A stretch of 20,000 bases of DNA from an uncultured virus (IMG/VR IMGVR_UViG_3300042445_002545) (taxonomy: Duplodnaviria; Heunggongvirae; Uroviricota; Caudoviricetes), in the IMG/VR virus record IMGVR_UViG_3300042445_002545. One strand, written 5' to 3'. Shown here piece by piece: positions 17,436-20,000 of the stretch; the first letter of the stretch is position 1; every line of letters starts with the position of its first letter. A model generated the notes under the pieces. The model did no database searches. It was not told the origin of the DNA and worked only from the letters and a program-made list of their open reading frames with translations. Both the position numbers and the translations under genes were made by a program.

Positions 17436-17505
17436 AAAGTTTAGAGGCTTTGGGTTAGACACGCCTCAATATTACATGAGAGACCCCATAGATTGCATAA
17501 ACTTT
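17436..17505 (-). ncRNA. Candidate three-way-junction RNA in a tRNA spacer
   Basis: AAAGTTTA/TAAACTTT closing stem, GAGGC/GCCTC hairpin, possible TGGG/CCCA loop-loop pairing. Confidence 0.35.
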
Positions 17506-17506
17506 G

Positions 17507-17583
17507 TACAGAAGGTGAGATTCGAACTCACATGTGACCAACTACCCTTTCTACAAGATATAAGCTTGAGGGGATACATCTGC
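17507..17583 (-). tRNA. Topologically rearranged tRNA-like RNA, anticodon TAT (Ile, AUA reader)
   Basis: GCAGATG/CTTCTGT acceptor, perfect T arm, CAAG-CTTATAT-CTTG hairpin only 8 nt after the acceptor strand; D-loop-like AGTTGGTCA lies 3' of the anticodon arm. Confidence 0.65.
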
Positions 17584-17586
17584 ATT

Positions 17587-17637
17587 TTTATAAGTGGCCA
17601 AAACTATGTTTTTTAGTGAGTTTTGGCACCTTATAAA
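17587..17637. repeat. Inverted repeat / spacer hairpin
   Basis: TTTATAAG..GCCAAAACT pairs with AGTTTTGGC..CTTATAAA. Confidence 0.7.
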
Positions 17638-17640
17638 TTG

Positions 17641-17714
17641 TAGGAAACACGGGACTCGAACCCATAACCTCTTCGGTATCAGCGAAGTGCTCTAACCAGT
17701 TGAGCTAGCTTCCT
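17641..17714 (-). tRNA. trnI: tRNA-Ile(GAT)
   Basis: AGGAAGC/GTTTCCT, CTTCG-CTGATAC-CGAAG, A73. Confidence 0.95.
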
Positions 17715-17733
17715 ATTGTGAGTGGAAGCCATA

Positions 17734-17928
17734 TTACTTCCACTTTGTTTTTCTGTTGTGTTTCCACGTTTTAAATTCTCTCCATTTATGATTTGGTAGA
17801 TTACGGTGGCTCCAATTCCACCCATAATCCCATATGTTATAACCATAAATGTTCATCCATCGAATACAATTGTATTCTTTAGAAGTTTTTGCTTTGTTCA
17901 GTTTTGCTCTGTTAATTTTTTTACTCAT
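17734..17928 (-). CDS. Small basic Trp-rich protein (64 aa) inside the tRNA array
   Basis: MSKKINRAK...WKHNRKTKWK; ATG 17928 preferred because the upstream extension runs through a hairpin. Confidence 0.65.
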   Translation of the reverse strand: MSKKINRAKLNKAKTSKEYNCIRWMNIYGYNIWDYGWNWSHRNLPNHKWREFKTWKHNRKTKWK

Positions 17929-17998
17929 AATGTTGTGAGTCTGTGAATAGCAGACCTTACAACATATCAAATACCTTTTTCATAAATTTTATTTTTAG

Positions 17999-18085
17999 AG
18001 GAGAAGGAGAGATTCGAACTCTCGGAACCCTTTCAGGTCCACTGGTTTTCAAGACCAGCACCATAAACCACTCGGACACTTCTCC
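17999..18085 (-). tRNA. trnS: tRNA-Ser(TGA)
   Basis: GGAGAAG/CTTCTCC, CTGGT-CTTGAAA-ACCAG, long variable arm; discriminator is T. Confidence 0.95.
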
Positions 18086-18096
18086 ATTTTTAAATA

Positions 18097-18190
18097 ATAA
18101 GGCTACAGCCTTATAATGTTATAATATAAGGCTACAGCCTTATAACCTTATAACGTTATAATATAACCTTATAACCTTATAACGTTATAT
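18097..18190. repeat. Degenerate tandem repeat of 8-mers (CCTTATAA, CGTTATAA, GGCTACAG)
   Basis: ATAAGGCTACAGCCTTATAA at 18097 and 18126; CCTTATAACCTTATAACGTTATA at 18138 and 18167 (29-nt offsets). Confidence 0.85.
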
Positions 18191-18193
18191 TAG

Positions 18194-18264
18194 CACGAGT
18201 GGAGAGGTTCGAACTCCCTACGGCAAGGTTTTGGAGGCCCGCCCGCCCCTAGGCTGTCACTCGT
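18194..18264 (-). tRNA. trnW: Atypical tRNA-Trp(CCA) with reduced D arm
   Basis: ACGAGTG/CACTCGT, loop CTCCAAA, GGGAG-TTCGAAC-CTCTC, G73; D arm only GCC-TAGG-GGC; mismatched anticodon stem. Confidence 0.72.
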
Positions 18265-18277
18265 GTGTTTTACTTAC

Positions 18278-18293
18278 CAATATGTCAAAGAAC
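18278..18293 (-). promoter_or_regulatory. boxA-like antitermination element GTTCTTTGACATATTG
   Basis: Resembles rrn boxA (TGCTCTTTAACA) and the form I recall from Bacteroidota rrn spacers; on the transcribed strand near the 5' end of the array. Confidence 0.6.
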
Positions 18294-18300
18294 CTTTGTT

Positions 18301-18384
18301 GGTGTCTGACGGGAATTGAACCCGCATGTCGTAAGACCCCTGTTTCACAGACAGGTGTGGCAAACTAATATCCACCTCAGACAC
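18301..18384 (-). tRNA. trnH: tRNA-His(GTG) with long variable arm
   Basis: GTGTCTG/CAGACAC plus C73; CCTGT-CTGTGAA-ACAGG; 13-nt variable region containing GTC-TTAC-GAC. Confidence 0.85.
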
Positions 18385-18386
18385 AG

Positions 18387-18460
18387 CTCCCCCACCTGGA
18401 CTCGAACCAGGGACCCACGCATTAACAGTGCGTTGCTCTAACCAACTGAGCTACAGGGGA
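18387..18460 (-). tRNA. trnN: tRNA-Asn(GTT)
   Basis: TCCCCTG/TGGGGGA, ACGCA-CTGTTAA-TGCGT, canonical arms, G73. Confidence 0.96.
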
Positions 18461-18630
18461 ATGTTAATTGTGACAAATATTGTTACTTTGCCACCCTTCT
18501 TTTCAAATTTAAGATTACCGTTGTAACCCATTTCTTTTGCTTTCGCATTGTATTCGTCATAAATCTTATCGAAGTTCTTTTGGAAGTCTGAGACTTTTAC
18601 AGTTCCTAATGTTCTTACTAATTTTTCCAT
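18451..18630 (-). CDS. Hypothetical protein (59 aa), first gene after the attenuator
   Basis: ATG at 18630 with A-rich upstream (MEKLVRTLG...); stop codon falls 10 nt inside tRNA-Asn. Confidence 0.65.
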   Translation of the reverse strand: MEKLVRTLGTVKVSDFQKNFDKIYDEYNAKAKEMGYNGNLKFEKKGGKVTIFVTINIPL

Positions 18631-18644
18631 AATTTTTATGACAT

Positions 18645-18677
18645 AAAAAAACCCAACTCTATTTCTAGGTCGGGTTT
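18645..18677 (-). terminator. Attenuator terminator (3:4 hairpin)
   Basis: AAACCCGAC-CTAGAAATAGA-GTTGGG-TTTTTTT between the promoter and the tRNA array. Confidence 0.85.
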
Positions 18678-18700
18678 CTGATTTTATTAAATTCTTATTT

Positions 18701-18799
18701 TTAGAACTCAATGATATCGCTGAACATACCAGACCTAGTTTGTAGACTATTACGTCTCCAATTACTAATCGACATTCTATGTATGTTATTTGTTATCAT
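18701..18799 (-). CDS. Putative attenuator leader peptide MITNNIHRMSISNWRRNSLQTRSGMFSDIIEF (32 aa)
   Basis: ATG after A-rich AAATAAAAAAAACACA; codons 4-18 match the array anticodons; overlaps the alternative hairpins. Confidence 0.8.
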   Translation of the reverse strand: MITNNIHRMSISNWRRNSLQTRSGMFSDIIEF

Positions 18800-18835
18800 T
18801 GTGTTTTTTTTATTTGTGTATTAATTAAATATATG

Positions 18836-18867
18836 CAAATATACTAAAAGTTTTTTTATTTGTCAAG
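18836..18867 (-). promoter_or_regulatory. Bacteroidota sigmaA-type promoter of the leader/tRNA operon
   Basis: CTTG(18867-18864)-N20-TATATTTG(18843-18836). Confidence 0.78.
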
Positions 18868-18888
18868 TTTTTTTAAAAATATTTTTAT

Positions 18889-19665
18889 TTACCAAGTTTT
18901 ATACATTGTTAATTCGTACCTACCACTAGGCATTCTGTAGATTGATACACGTATATATCTATTAGCTTCTTTACCTCTTTTATCCAGGATTGGTTCTCCA
19001 TTCTGTAATAATGGGATATTTGCTGACTTCTCAGTTTCATATGATATTCCACCAGTACCAAAATTAGTCCAAATTGTCTGCTCATCAACTTCAAACCCTA
19101 ATTGCGCTGCTTTTTGTCTAACAGCATCCAATACTTCACTTAAAGTTTCAAAGTATGTATCATTACCATCTTCATGTAAACTACTCTGAGCACCCTTAAC
19201 AATAGAATCAGCAAAACTTGGTTTACTAAATTGACTTTCTACATTATCTTCATCGATACCCATTTCACCCATTCTAATACCCCTTGGTTGAGATTCGTCA
19301 TCTTCAGTTGGGTTAGTAATTGCCTTTACTGAGAATAAATAAATATCACTTAAACGGAAATTTTCATTAAATCGGTCAGCAGCTTTTGCTTCAGCTTCTT
19401 CTTCGTTATTAGCTGTTATTTCATAAACCCAACGGTGTTTGTAACCACCATCTTTTTCAGCTTCTTTACCTATAACTTCAACCTTATAAGTGTTTTCACT
19501 ATTTAATTCTTCTTGGTCAATTTCTGGGTTAATACCGTATTCTTGTTTTCTACTTTCTAAGTCCCAATCTTCATTTTCATTAATTAAACCCTTAGATTGT
19601 AGGTATCTTTGTTCAGCTAATAAATTAGCTTTTCTAATATTGTCTTTTTTATCAAATCTTCTCAT
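18889..19665 (-). CDS. Acidic hypothetical phage protein (258 aa)
   Basis: Long ORF with basic N-terminus ending GLINE and C-terminal domain with YRMPSGRYEL. Confidence 0.8.
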   Translation of the reverse strand: MRRFDKKDNIRKANLLAEQRYLQSKGLINENEDWDLESRKQEYGINPEIDQEELNSENTYKVEVIGKEAEKDGGYKHRWVYEITANNEEEAEAKAADRFNENFRLSDIYLFSVKAITNPTEDDESQPRGIRMGEMGIDEDNVESQFSKPSFADSIVKGAQSSLHEDGNDTYFETLSEVLDAVRQKAAQLGFEVDEQTIWTNFGTGGISYETEKSANIPLLQNGEPILDKRGKEANRYIRVSIYRMPSGRYELTMYKTW

Positions 19666-20000
19666 TACAATAAGTTTCTAAACATTTCGTCAATTTTCCA
19701 TTTAGGCATATCTAAATCCATGCTGAATAAAATATTTCTTATTTTCTCTTCTTCTTCTCTTTGTTCGTTAACATAACCTAGAGCAAATGAATATGTATCA
19801 TTGTCATCTTCACCTTTAGCTTTATTAGCAATATCGTTCCAATTCTTAGTAACTTTCATTTCATGCTCTAACGCTTTTGCAACAACGTCTCTAACGTTAT
19901 TAAAGTTAACTGGAACATTTTTAACATTAGGTACAATTGCTTTAGCATTTTTTTCATAAAGATATGTGTATATTTTTGACATATGACCTAATTCTTCATC
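19665..20000 (-). CDS. ftnA: Ferritin (non-heme type), 5' part outside the window
   Basis: Frame open to the window edge: DEELGH, ALEHEMKVT, DNDTYSF, YVNEQREEE ferroxidase motifs. Confidence 0.85.
   Translation of the reverse strand, partial: DEELGHMSKIYTYLYEKNAKAIVPNVKNVPVNFNNVRDVVAKALEHEMKVTKNWNDIANKAKGEDDNDTYSFALGYVNEQREEEEKIRNILFSMDLDMPKWKIDEMFRNLL

Noticed and set aside
17436..17505. Purine riboswitch
   Set aside because: UAUGG and GUNUCUA-like words are present but not in the right structural positions, and no regulated ORF follows.
18097..18190. CRISPR array
   Set aside because: No unique spacers, low-complexity units and no cas genes in the window.
18451..18711. 86-aa ORF start at 18711 from the track
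   Set aside because: Non-ATG start that runs through the terminator and overlaps the leader's end; ATG 18630 is more plausible.
18645..18835. T-box riboswitch as the leader mechanism
   Set aside because: No T-box AAnnnGGGUGGnACC motif or stem I features; the ORF-plus-hairpin arrangement fits ribosome-mediated attenuation better.
834..19681. Short plus-strand and nested ORFs in the track (e.g. 834, 1697, 2512, 5346, 5534, 8045, 8278, 9654, 10410, 11510, 13851, 14329, 15894, 18909, 19490)
   Set aside because: Antisense or off-frame shadows of well-supported genes, without motifs or expression signals.

Overview
AT-rich window, most likely from a large (jumbo/huge) phage infecting a Bacteroidota host. 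The host call rests on four exact TTTG-N20-TAnnTTTG promoters plus one near match, a secreted protein with a Bacteroidota-style signal peptide and LPIELxxF domain, and a Bacteroidota-like boxA. Most genes are on the minus strand. Bases 1-16.8 kb encode a PAS-PAS histidine kinase/receiver pair, a nucleic-acid end-repair and translation-maintenance set (Rnl1- and Rnl2-type RNA ligases, kinase-2H fusion, standalone 2H protein, Pth2-like protein, small alarmone hydrolase, RNase H, ATP-dependent DNA ligase, DenV-like glycosylase), a SHAEG-repeat fibre protein, a kinase-like protein and a GIY-YIG nuclease. Bases 16.9-18.5 kb hold an array of 11 tRNA or tRNA-like genes, several structurally aberrant, plus candidate ncRNAs. 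Main finding: the array is preceded by a promoter, an unannotated 32-codon leader ORF (18701-18799) and mutually exclusive protector, antiterminator and terminator hairpins. Leader codons 4-18 are all read by array tRNAs, and every array anticodon has a matching codon there. This points to a ribosome-stalling attenuator that switches on the phage tRNA operon when any of those tRNAs is depleted. All calls come from manual motif reading and hand folding; no searches or folding programs were run.
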